Shown here: in pieces, positions 20,495-29,584 of the stretch
How positions within the stretch are numbered: the first letter of the stretch is position 1
How the letters are laid out: each line of letters begins with the position of its first letter
Assembly: GCA_023145435.1 (NCBI GenBank)
Contig: JAGLDS010000006.1
Coordinates: forward strand, 19,355 to 83,354
DNA from: Clostridiales bacterium
Lineage (GTDB): Bacteria; Bacillota; Clostridia; DUPQ01
Reading direction: 5' to 3'
DNA: 64,000 nucleotides
Made by a program: the position numbers and the translations under genes
Notes under the pieces: model-generated
The model's database searches: none
Told to the model about the DNA's origin: nothing
Seen by the model: the letters and a program-made list of their open reading frames with translations, nothing else

Positions 20495-22881
20495 TTTCTT
20501 TTTTCCTTAATTCGTTTAGCAAATACTTTAGCAAAATCTTGACGGTTTTGCTTATTAATAATACCAAAATTATTATAGTGCATTCTACGATACATAAGAA
20601 CTTTTGGGATAATAGCAGAGCGTAATTGACTATCATCTAAACGTCCAATCCAATCAATAGATTCTCCAACTCTTAGCTGTTCATCAAAAAAACCAACAGT
20701 TAGAAAATCTTCTTTTTTTATAAGCATAGTTCCTGCATGACGTCCCTTTGAAGGGTTGGTGGGACATATGTACTTTGACTTATATGCTTGATTAACTTCG
20801 CTAGAATAAAATTGACTTATGTGTCCAAAGACCACATCAGTAGTAACGTCAAAAAGAAGTCTCTCAAGTTGAATTTGTAATTTGTAAGGAACCCACACAT
20901 CATCATGATCTATAAAAGCCAAGTAATTTCCCCTAGCTTTTCTAACACCTGTATTTCTAGCACCACCTATTCCTTTGTTCTCTTGATAACAGTAAATAAT
21001 TCTATCATCTTTATAACTGTCAACTAATTGTTTAGTGTTATTAGTTGAACCATCATCTACTATAATAATTTCAAAAACAGAATGTGTTTGAGCAACAACT
21101 GAATCAAGGCATGTAAGCAAATGAGTAGTTGAATTATATGCTGGAATAATTAAACTAATTAATACATCTTCTTTTCTTTTTTTTCGCTTAATGGAAGTTG
21201 ATAAAATCTTAAATATAAATTGTCTATTTTTTTGAATATCACTTGAAATGTTATTATCGTGAATTAATTTATCATATAATATTTCATCTAGAGTATGAAT
21301 TTGTAACGATGATTCAATTATCCTATTTAAAAAATCAAAGTCTTCACCTAATTTTAGAGATTCATTGAAAAGACCAAGTTGATTTAAAACTGATTTCTCT
21401 AGAAGTTGACTACTTGGAACTCTAGTTGAATATCTCTTTTGGTGTTCAATTGTTTGAACCCAACTATAATCTTTAGTTGGATCTTCAAAAACTAAATTAT
21501 GTTTAGTAAAAAGAACAGATACATCTGGATGATATCTATGATAAGTAATTTGTTTGAAAAGCTTATCTTTATACCATACATCATCGTGATCAATAAAAGC
21601 GATTAATGACCCTTTTGCATAATTTATACCTAAATTTCTAGCAGCACCAGGTCCGCTATTTTCTTGGTAGTAGTAAGAAATATTTTCACTTTTATATGAT
21701 TTAATAAGAGTAGCAGTATTATCAGTTGAACCATCATCAACTATTATTAATTCTACTTGTTTATGAGATTGGTTTAACACACTATCTATTGCTTTTTTTA
21801 TGTACTTTTGTCCGTTATATACTGCCATTATGACTGATACCAGTGGGTGGTGGGTAATAAAGGTCTGTAAACCTAATATATTTTTTTCAATTTGATTACT
21901 TAATGTATATTCATATACTGGAAAACTTTTTACTAGTTTTGAGATATGCTTAATAAATGAATGATTTGCTCCTGGTAATTGAAACATAGTACTAGCACCA
22001 ATTGTGGCTAAGGCTCTTGTTTTTGGTATTTTTTCTATGTGAACTTGTTTTAAATCTTGTCTATTAATAAAGATAATTCCTTCTAACTTGAATCGCTTAC
22101 CAATGGTTTTATGAGGAATATCTGTTATAAATAAATAACCCTTTTCTTCATTGGTAGGTTTATTTACTAAGAAATTATTTACTATTGGGAAAAGTTTAAT
22201 CATATCGTTATTAATTTTAATAGTATTATAAATAGAGGTGACATAAGGGTGATCATTATTTTCAATTATGACATAATCATCACCTAATAAGGTACTACCT
22301 TCAAATAAACTTAACATGGATAAAGTGGATTTTCCAACACCACCTCGCCCTGCAAGAAGATAACCACTATCACTATTTGAAATAGCCGCTGAATGAATAA
22401 GTGTCATATTGTTTTTAACGCAAAACCAATGAAGTAACATTCTCATTGGGCAAGCTTTTTCATAATAAGGCATGGTTTCTAATGAATTAACAACATAATA
22501 AGCATTTTGATTTGGAAAATCAATAAATGTCATCATTGATGTTAAAATATTATAGAGTAAATGAGTATCTTCATGATTAAAAAAGTAAGTGGCGTTTACA
22601 ACATTATTTGCATTTTCTCCTGTAATTATATCATAGGGCATTTTAATTGATGTAGATAATTCATCAAAAATATGAACAGTTAATACATAATTGTCACATG
22701 GTTTCACAAGAAGATGTTCAAAAGGTTTACAGAGTACATTAACCAATGTATCGTTGGCAAATAAAAAGCGAATAGGGATATTGTTTATTATTAAGTACTT
22801 TTCAACTGGTTCGAAAGAACAAGCTTCATTCCAATATTGTTTAATAATGTTTTTAATTGCGCTATATCGTTTTTCACTCAT
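20491..22881 (-). CDS. Fusion of an HPr-kinase-related kinase with two GT2 glycosyltransferase domains
   Basis: IHSAAI..LLAGRGGVGKST..LGDDY kinase motifs, then VSVIMAVYN..DDGSTD..FIDHDD and ISLIIPAYN..DDGST..FIDHDD. Confidence 0.85.
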   Translation of the reverse strand: MSEKRYSAIKNIIKQYWNEACSFEPVEKYLIINNIPIRFLFANDTLVNVLCKPFEHLLVKPCDNYVLTVHIFDELSTSIKMPYDIITGENANNVVNATYFFNHEDTHLLYNILTSMMTFIDFPNQNAYYVVNSLETMPYYEKACPMRMLLHWFCVKNNMTLIHSAAISNSDSGYLLAGRGGVGKSTLSMLSLFEGSTLLGDDYVIIENNDHPYVTSIYNTIKINNDMIKLFPIVNNFLVNKPTNEEKGYLFITDIPHKTIGKRFKLEGIIFINRQDLKQVHIEKIPKTRALATIGASTMFQLPGANHSFIKHISKLVKSFPVYEYTLSNQIEKNILGLQTFITHHPLVSVIMAVYNGQKYIKKAIDSVLNQSHKQVELIIVDDGSTDNTATLIKSYKSENISYYYQENSGPGAARNLGINYAKGSLIAFIDHDDVWYKDKLFKQITYHRYHPDVSVLFTKHNLVFEDPTKDYSWVQTIEHQKRYSTRVPSSQLLEKSVLNQLGLFNESLKLGEDFDFLNRIIESSLQIHTLDEILYDKLIHDNNISSDIQKNRQFIFKILSTSIKRKKRKEDVLISLIIPAYNSTTHLLTCLDSVVAQTHSVFEIIIVDDGSTNNTKQLVDSYKDDRIIYCYQENKGIGGARNTGVRKARGNYLAFIDHDDVWVPYKLQIQLERLLFDVTTDVVFGHISQFYSSEVNQAYKSKYICPTNPSKGRHAGTMLIKKEDFLTVGFFDEQLRVGESIDWIGRLDDSQLRSAIIPKVLMYRRMHYNNFGIINKQNRQDFAKVFAKRIKEKRK

Positions 22882-23290
22882 CTTTTTTATGAGGCCATCC
22901 TTCTTCTTTTACTTCATGAATTGGATCTAGTAATAACATTTCACGCATATCATCAAATTCTTCAATAAGAGGAGCTATATATGGTTGAGGTATATGATTT
23001 GTATCTGATGTTTGAGAAGAGATACCTTCTGTTAGTAATTGCTTATCTAATAAGTATGAAAGTATTTTAGTAATATCACTAGTAGCAGTATTTTTATCAA
23101 CTGAAAATACTAATTGATATCCTTTTATAACTTGCTCTTGGATATCTCCATTATTAAAGGTAAAAAAGATATATGAGGCTGTTTCATTAAAGCTATAATA
23201 GCAACCTGTTTCAAGATTGATAACAACAGTATCTTTGTCAATTTCTTCACTGATAATGCGTTCATCATCAATAAAATATTGTTTATTCAT
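22874..23290 (-). CDS. PqqD/RRE-family protein with C-terminal peptide extension
   Basis: EEIDKDTVVINLETGCYYSFNETASYIF...DITKILSYLLDKQLL fits the PqqD fold pattern; AGGAGG RBS; extra tail YIAPLIEEF...LLLDPIHEVKEEGWP. Confidence 0.8.
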   Translation of the reverse strand: MNKQYFIDDERIISEEIDKDTVVINLETGCYYSFNETASYIFFTFNNGDIQEQVIKGYQLVFSVDKNTATSDITKILSYLLDKQLLTEGISSQTSDTNHIPQPYIAPLIEEFDDMREMLLLDPIHEVKEEGWPHKKDE

Positions 23291-23321
23291 AACCCCTCCT
23301 TGTCCTAACTAATCACACAAA

Positions 23322-23343
23322 ATTATATCATTTATGATATAAT
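23322..23343. promoter_or_regulatory. Palindromic back-to-back extended -10 elements
   Basis: ATTATATCAT-TT-ATGATATAAT gives TGATATAAT on each strand between divergent genes. Confidence 0.6.
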
Positions 23344-23369
23344 AAAACAAATTATAGGAGGCTATTAAC

Positions 23370-24485
23370 ATGGGATTAAAGAAGATAAAAGATGTTTTAA
23401 TTTATAAAGATGCAAGATATTATTCAACGTTTCCAAACATTATAAAATTAAAAGATGACACTTTATTGGTGTCATTTAGACAAGCTCCTAATCGTTTAGA
23501 AACCTATGGGGATATTACACATGGTGATCCTGCTTCAAAAGGAGTTTTTATTACTTCAAAAGATAATGGGAAAACATGGGATAGTGATGTGTCTATAATT
23601 CATGATCACTTTTTTTATGGAGTACAAGACCCATGTGTTAACTATCTAGAGGATGGAACGATTCTCTCAACTTTTTTCATGTGGAAATTTGGTGAAGCAA
23701 AAGATTATCCTAATGCAACTAGAAAAATGCATGCAGGCTACAGTGAGCATGTAATGTTTTTAAAAGATGCCTATACTACTCGCTCTCATGATGAGGGAAA
23801 AACCTTTGAAAAACCATTAAAAATTGACTTTTATGGAAAAGAAAAGACTAATACTGTTAGGGGAAATGTGGCTAAACTACCTGATGGAAGTATTGTTTTA
23901 GCAGTTGCAGGTTATCATGATGTTATGAATTTAAGAAAAATAAGCATAATACAAAGTTACGATCAAGGGAAAACTTGGAAACGATTAAACACTATTCCAG
24001 TGGTACCTAATGCATTTATGGGAGAACCAAATCTGTTTTTAACAAAAGGCGAAAAACTTGTATGTATGTTGCGAACACATAAAGAAGATGGAGACAAAAG
24101 TGTATATGATGATGGTAATAATGATATGGCATATATGCATTATTCAGTTTCTCTAGATTTTGGTAAAACCTGGTCACAACCTAAAAAAACACCATACACA
24201 TCACCATCACCTTTTGAAGCCATACAATTAAAAAGTGGAAATGTGCTAATGACTTATGGAAACAGATATAAACCATATGGAATTAAAGCAATTTTATTAG
24301 ATGGTGAAATGAATAATATTGAAAGTGCAAGCGAAATGCAAATAAGAGACTGCGGTATAAATCATGACTTAGGATATACACGTTCTGTTCAATTACCAAA
24401 TGATGATATTTTAGTAGTTTATTACATGTATGATGAAAAAGATAAAATAAGACATATTGAAGGGACAATACTAAGAGAAATATAA
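23370..24485 (+). CDS. BNR/Asp-box (sialidase-like) beta-propeller protein
   Basis: Asp boxes SKDNGKTW, SHDEGKTF, SYDQGKTW, SLDFGKTW; DLGY near the C-terminus; no signal peptide. Confidence 0.8.
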   Translation: MGLKKIKDVLIYKDARYYSTFPNIIKLKDDTLLVSFRQAPNRLETYGDITHGDPASKGVFITSKDNGKTWDSDVSIIHDHFFYGVQDPCVNYLEDGTILSTFFMWKFGEAKDYPNATRKMHAGYSEHVMFLKDAYTTRSHDEGKTFEKPLKIDFYGKEKTNTVRGNVAKLPDGSIVLAVAGYHDVMNLRKISIIQSYDQGKTWKRLNTIPVVPNAFMGEPNLFLTKGEKLVCMLRTHKEDGDKSVYDDGNNDMAYMHYSVSLDFGKTWSQPKKTPYTSPSPFEAIQLKSGNVLMTYGNRYKPYGIKAILLDGEMNNIESASEMQIRDCGINHDLGYTRSVQLPNDDILVVYYMYDEKDKIRHIEGTILREI

Positions 24486-24494
24486 GAGGTAAAA

Positions 24495-25610
24495 ATGCTA
24501 TTAAAAAAAATCAAAGATATACTTATCTACAAAGATAAAAGATTTTACTCCACATTTCCAAATGTAATTAAACTAAAAGACAATACCTTAATGGTTTCTT
24601 TTAGACAAGCTCCTAATCGTTTAGAAACACATGGTGACTTTACACATAATGACCCTGCCTCAAAAGCTGTATATGTAACATCAAAGGACAACGGAAAAAC
24701 ATGGGATAAAAATGTTAGTGTAATATATGATCACTTTTTTCATGGAGTACAAGATCCTTCAATGAACTATTTAGAAGATGGAACAATTCTTTCCATGTTT
24801 TTTACATGGAAGTATGGAGAAAAAAATGATTTTCCAAATGAGACTAGAATAATGCATGCAGGATATTCTGATCATGTAGCAATGATGGTAGATACATTTT
24901 CGACACGTTCATATGATAATGGGAAAACTTGGGAAAAACCAATACTTGTTGATTATTACAAGAAAGAGTCAAAAGTTGCAGTAAGGGGAAATTGTGTCGT
25001 ACTTGATGATGGAAGTCTTGTTTTAGCAATCGCTTGGTATAACAATGATTTTACTAAAAGACTAAATGATATTATTAAAAGTAAAGATAAAGGGAAAACT
25101 TGGGAGAAATTATATACATTTCGTAAAATAAAAAATTTATTTATGACGGAGCCAAATCTTTTTAGGACCAAAAGCGGTAAATTAGTATGTATGATGAGAA
25201 CACATAAAGAAGATGAAAGTAAAAACATATATGATGATGGAAACAACGATATGGCATATATGTATTACTCAGAATCATTAGATGAAGGTAAAACATGGAA
25301 AGATCCTAAAAAAACACCGTATACTTCACCATCACCCTTTGAAGCTATTCAATTGAAAAGTGGAAATGTTTTAATGACTTATGGAAATAGATATAAACCA
25401 TATGGAATTAAAGCAGTACTTTTAGATGGTGAAATGAATAACATTGAAAGTGCTAATGAATTACAAATAAGAAATTGTTGCACTAATCATGACTTAGGAT
25501 ATACACGTTCTGTTCAATTACCAAATGATGATATTTTAGTGACTTATTATATGTATGATGAAATTGATAATATAAGACATATAGAAGGAACTATTTTAAG
25601 AGAAGTATGA
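24495..25610 (+). CDS. BNR/Asp-box (sialidase-like) protein, tandem paralogue
   Basis: Same length (371 aa) and colinear with the upstream gene; Asp boxes SKDNGKTW, SYDNGKTW, SKDKGKTW, SLDEGKTW. Confidence 0.8.
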   Translation: MLLKKIKDILIYKDKRFYSTFPNVIKLKDNTLMVSFRQAPNRLETHGDFTHNDPASKAVYVTSKDNGKTWDKNVSVIYDHFFHGVQDPSMNYLEDGTILSMFFTWKYGEKNDFPNETRIMHAGYSDHVAMMVDTFSTRSYDNGKTWEKPILVDYYKKESKVAVRGNCVVLDDGSLVLAIAWYNNDFTKRLNDIIKSKDKGKTWEKLYTFRKIKNLFMTEPNLFRTKSGKLVCMMRTHKEDESKNIYDDGNNDMAYMYYSESLDEGKTWKDPKKTPYTSPSPFEAIQLKSGNVLMTYGNRYKPYGIKAVLLDGEMNNIESANELQIRNCCTNHDLGYTRSVQLPNDDILVTYYMYDEIDNIRHIEGTILREV

Positions 25611-25888
25611 TTTATCACATAACAACATATGATGAATATGAAATTGCTTGTAAAAAAGGCTCCTATGAAACAATGACGTTACAAACGGAAGGTTTCACGC
25701 ATTGCTCCTATCTTACGCAAGTTATAGCAATTGCCAATGAGTTTTTTAGCAGTAAGAAAAAGTTATGTTTACTATATGATTTAGGAGAGAAGTATCCTCA
25801 TATTTACGGACCACTAAATCTAGATGCCATTGTTATGGTAAAACCGTTAGAGGAAGAAAATGGAACATTTAACTTACCAATTATCTAA
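25607..25888 (+). CDS. DUF952-family protein, apparently internally shortened
   Basis: MIYHIT, EGFTHCS and YPHIYGPLNLDAI motifs; the segment between LLY and GEKYPH looks shorter than in typical members. Confidence 0.7.
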   Translation: MIYHITTYDEYEIACKKGSYETMTLQTEGFTHCSYLTQVIAIANEFFSSKKKLCLLYDLGEKYPHIYGPLNLDAIVMVKPLEEENGTFNLPII

Positions 25889-26402
25889 AGAAACTATAAC
25901 CTTTAAAAGTGACTCAAAACTATTTTCACCAAGAGCTATTGATAAGGGTACTTTAGCTATGTTATCCATAGTTACACCTAATGAAAATAATAGCATATTA
26001 GATTTAGGATGTGGTTATGGTTTTGTTGGAATTTATATAGCTAAGGAGTATAAAGTTAGAGAAATAACATTCTGCGATATTGATAATAGAGCAATAGAAA
26101 CAACAAAAGAAAATGTAATAATTAATAAAATAAAAAATGCAGTGGTGTTACAAAGTGATGGGTTTTCAAAAGTTTTAAAAAAAGATTTTTCAATTATTTT
26201 AAGTAATCCACCTTATCATACGGATTTTTCTGTGGCCAAAAGATTTATTGAACAAGGCTTTCATCATTTAACTAATGGAGGAAAATTTTACATGGTAACC
26301 AAAAGAAAAGAATGGTATAAACGAAAATTTATAAAGATTTTTGGAGGAGTAAAAATCACAGAAATAGATGGATATTTTGTGTTTATGGCAGAGAAAAGAT
26401 AA
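25860..26402 (+). CDS. Small SAM-dependent methyltransferase (RsmC/MTS-like)
   Basis: FSPRAIDKGT, LDLGCGYG, SNPPYH. Confidence 0.85.
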   Translation: MEHLTYQLSKETITFKSDSKLFSPRAIDKGTLAMLSIVTPNENNSILDLGCGYGFVGIYIAKEYKVREITFCDIDNRAIETTKENVIINKIKNAVVLQSDGFSKVLKKDFSIILSNPPYHTDFSVAKRFIEQGFHHLTNGGKFYMVTKRKEWYKRKFIKIFGGVKITEIDGYFVFMAEKR

Positions 26403-26407
26403 ATAGA

Positions 26408-27061
26408 ATGGAGAATACCTTGAAATATAAATGTTTAGTATTAGATCATGATGACACAATGGTAAAGAGTACCCCCTTTATGCACTATCCCTCGTTTTTA
26501 GAAACCCTTAATTTACTACGTCCAGGAATGGAAATATCACTAGAGCAATTTTTTGAATATGGTTTTGAGCCAGGATTTTTTGAAATGTGTACAGACATTA
26601 TTGGTTACAATGAAGAAGAAATGGCAAAACAGTATGAAATATGGCATAAAAACATAGACCATAAAACACCTGATTTTTTTGAAGAAGCACTAAAGGTAGT
26701 AACTGATTTTAAAAAGCAAGGTGGGATTGTTACTGTAGTTTCTCATTCATCTGTTGCCATGATAAAAAGGCATTATGAAGAAAAAGCTACATTTATACCA
26801 GATATGATATTTGGATATGATTCAAAACTAATGAAACCAGATCCTTATCCATTAATTGAAATTATGAAGAAATATAATTTAAAACCAAATGAATTAGTAG
26901 TCATTGATGATTTAAAACCAGGATATGATATGGCTAAAGCCATGGGTGTTGATTTTATATGGGCTGGATGGACTCATCAAATTGACAAACTAATAGCATT
27001 TATGAAAGAGAATGCAACGGTATGTTTGATGAATCCAAAAGAGTTATACAAATATATTTAA
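26408..27061 (+). CDS. HAD-family hydrolase
   Basis: LDHDDT motif I, KPDPYP, IDDLKPG. Confidence 0.8.
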   Translation: MENTLKYKCLVLDHDDTMVKSTPFMHYPSFLETLNLLRPGMEISLEQFFEYGFEPGFFEMCTDIIGYNEEEMAKQYEIWHKNIDHKTPDFFEEALKVVTDFKKQGGIVTVVSHSSVAMIKRHYEEKATFIPDMIFGYDSKLMKPDPYPLIEIMKKYNLKPNELVVIDDLKPGYDMAKAMGVDFIWAGWTHQIDKLIAFMKENATVCLMNPKELYKYI

Positions 27062-28770
27062 GAAGAAATATAAGTTGGTGTAATTGTTAAAATAACGGTT
27101 GTTTCTTTGTTTTTTTCACTAATCACAGTAACACCATAATCGTTTCCATAATAAAGTTTTAACCGTTTATCAATGTTACTAAGACCAACTCCACCAAGTT
27201 TTAATGAAGATGAATCCCCATGTTTTTTAGTTACATCAAAACCAACACCATTATCTGTTATAGTAAAAAGGATATCCTTATTCTTTTTAGTAACTGTAAT
27301 AGTAATTTTACCAATACCAACTAATTCTTTAATTCCGTGGTATATGCTATTTTCTACAATTGGCTGTAAAATTAGTTTAGGGATTTTTATTGCTAAAAGA
27401 GTGTCATCTGTTTTTATTTCGTAAGTAAGTTTATCTTGATAGCGTTGTTTTTGTATAAATAAATATTGTTTCACGTGTTCAATTTCTTCATTAATGGTTG
27501 TTATTTCACTACCACCATGTAATGACAAACGAAAGAATGTAGCCAAGGCTTTAGTTAAATCAATAACCTTTTCGCTGTCTTTAAATTCTGCTGCCCATAA
27601 AATAGTATCCAATGTGTTATATAGAAAATGAGGATTAATTTGTGAGTAAAGCACTTGTAGTTCACTACTTCTAAGTACCATTTCTTTTTCTTTTATTTCT
27701 GTTAATAATTTTTTTATTTTAATCATCATATTAGTATAGTAAGTGGCTAAACTTTCAGCTTCTTTACTGCCTTTTACGATAACAGTTTGATTTAAGTTTC
27801 CTTGGTCAACTTGTTCCATGGCTCTTTCTAATTTTTTTAAAGGTGAAACAACTCGCCTTGAAAAAACAATGGAACTACCAAGAGCAATTAAAAACATAAA
27901 AAGCCCTACTATGATTAATGCCACAATTAAATCTTGTTGAATAGAATGAAGAGAATCAAGAGACGCAACACCAACTAGTGTCCAGTTTGCATGAATAAAT
28001 GGATATCTGAAAATATATTGATTTGTTGATTGATCAACTAAGAGTAGTTGCTCTAGTTTTTCTTGGTCAGTAAAGTATTTAAAATCTTTATGATAAACTA
28101 ATTCATTGTCACTATTAATAATATATGTATAACCTTCATTACCTAAATGCAAATCATCTAAGATTTCTTCAATGACAGCATAATTCATGTCAATTAATAG
28201 TACTCCAATATTTTCCTGACAATCACTTTTAATTTCACGGCTTAACGAAATGACCCAAGTATCTTTATCCATTGAAAATTCATTCATTCTAGCAGAGGTT
28301 AGAACAGGCATTTTATTACCAATGGCATCTTGATACCAAGCCATGGCCATCATGTCTTCTGATACTTCCATTGAAAGATTGCTATCTGTTGAAATTACTA
28401 AGCCATCTTGTCCCACTAATGTTATCGATTCAATATCTTTATTTCCATTAATTATGGTGTTTATAAGAAATTCTAATTCACGCTTATCTTTTTTAAAATC
28501 AATATGAGTATGATTATCATCAAACAATGTACAAGTATTAACGTTATCAGCCAAAGAAACAGATAATCCTTTTATTGAATCAATATACCTATCTAATTGG
28601 CTCCCACTTTTATTAATAATCATATTTGTAGAAGATGTAATTTCTTCTTCTAAAACATTAGAAAAATTAGAATATAGCACCAAACCCATTATGATAAGAA
28701 TAATACTAGTAGTAAACATAAAATAAATAAAAATCTGTGAACGAATACTACTTGATGTTTTTTTCTTCAT
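27058..28770 (-). CDS. YesM/LytS-type sensor histidine kinase with Cache domain
   Basis: QINPHFLYNTL, LQPIVENSIYHG, DNGVGF, GVGLSNI. Confidence 0.9.
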   Translation of the reverse strand: MKKKTSSSIRSQIFIYFMFTTSIILIIMGLVLYSNFSNVLEEEITSSTNMIINKSGSQLDRYIDSIKGLSVSLADNVNTCTLFDDNHTHIDFKKDKRELEFLINTIINGNKDIESITLVGQDGLVISTDSNLSMEVSEDMMAMAWYQDAIGNKMPVLTSARMNEFSMDKDTWVISLSREIKSDCQENIGVLLIDMNYAVIEEILDDLHLGNEGYTYIINSDNELVYHKDFKYFTDQEKLEQLLLVDQSTNQYIFRYPFIHANWTLVGVASLDSLHSIQQDLIVALIIVGLFMFLIALGSSIVFSRRVVSPLKKLERAMEQVDQGNLNQTVIVKGSKEAESLATYYTNMMIKIKKLLTEIKEKEMVLRSSELQVLYSQINPHFLYNTLDTILWAAEFKDSEKVIDLTKALATFFRLSLHGGSEITTINEEIEHVKQYLFIQKQRYQDKLTYEIKTDDTLLAIKIPKLILQPIVENSIYHGIKELVGIGKITITVTKKNKDILFTITDNGVGFDVTKKHGDSSSLKLGGVGLSNIDKRLKLYYGNDYGVTVISEKNKETTVILTITPTYISS

Positions 28771-29546
28771 TTAGCCATACCCTCTTTCATTTTTCTATAA
28801 TGAGTAGGAGACATACCATATTTCTTTTTAAAAGCAGTACTAAAATAGTTAGGATCAATAAATCCTAATTGTTCAGATATTTCGTAATTCTTATATATAG
28901 TTGTTAGTAAAAGAATCTTTGCCCGTTCTAATCTAAGAGTTAAAAGGTATTCAGAAAATGTTTTAGTAAATAATTCTTTAAATAATGAACTAAGATAACC
29001 TGGACTTAAATTTACTTTTTTAGCTAACTTGGTTAAAGAAAACTGTGTGTCACTGTAGTTGTCTTTAAGTATTTGAAGAATAAGAGGCTTATAATCATCA
29101 TTATTTTCACTGTCTTTTGATAAGTTGGCAATGTTTTGTAAAGCAGATAAAGCACCTTGTTGTTTCTTTTCATCTTTGATTACTTGTCCCATTTTTAGTA
29201 AAAGTTGTTCAATATCTTTTTTTGAGACAGGTTTTAAAATAAAATCATCAACTTTGGCTTTTAAGGCGGCTAAGGCATAATCAAAATAGTCATACCCTGT
29301 AATCATAGCAATTTTTATATTAGGGTCAATTTCCTTAATATGTTTAGCTAGTAATAGTCCATCCATTCTTGGCATATTAATATCTGCTAAAACCATATCT
29401 GGATGATGTTCTTTTACTAATTGTAATCCATGGATTCCATCAGAAGCTAAGTAAACTTTATCTATAGATAATGATGCAAAATCAACTAATTGACTCATAC
29501 CTTGACGAAAAAGAGGCTCGTCATCAACAATTAATAATGTAAACAT
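28767..29546 (-). CDS. YesN-type response regulator (receiver + AraC)
   Basis: VDDE, DINMPRMDG, C-terminal GFIDPNYFSTAFKKKYGMSP. Confidence 0.9.
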   Translation of the reverse strand: MFTLLIVDDEPLFRQGMSQLVDFASLSIDKVYLASDGIHGLQLVKEHHPDMVLADINMPRMDGLLLAKHIKEIDPNIKIAMITGYDYFDYALAALKAKVDDFILKPVSKKDIEQLLLKMGQVIKDEKKQQGALSALQNIANLSKDSENNDDYKPLILQILKDNYSDTQFSLTKLAKKVNLSPGYLSSLFKELFTKTFSEYLLTLRLERAKILLLTTIYKNYEISEQLGFIDPNYFSTAFKKKYGMSPTHYRKMKEGMAK

Positions 29547-29584
29547 TGATTTCTTACCTCCTCATCTATATATTATAGCAATAT

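Noticed and set aside
19397-23290. Calling the cassette a lasso peptide gene cluster
   Set aside because: No asparagine-synthetase-like cyclase, transglutaminase-like B2 protease or separate precursor is present.
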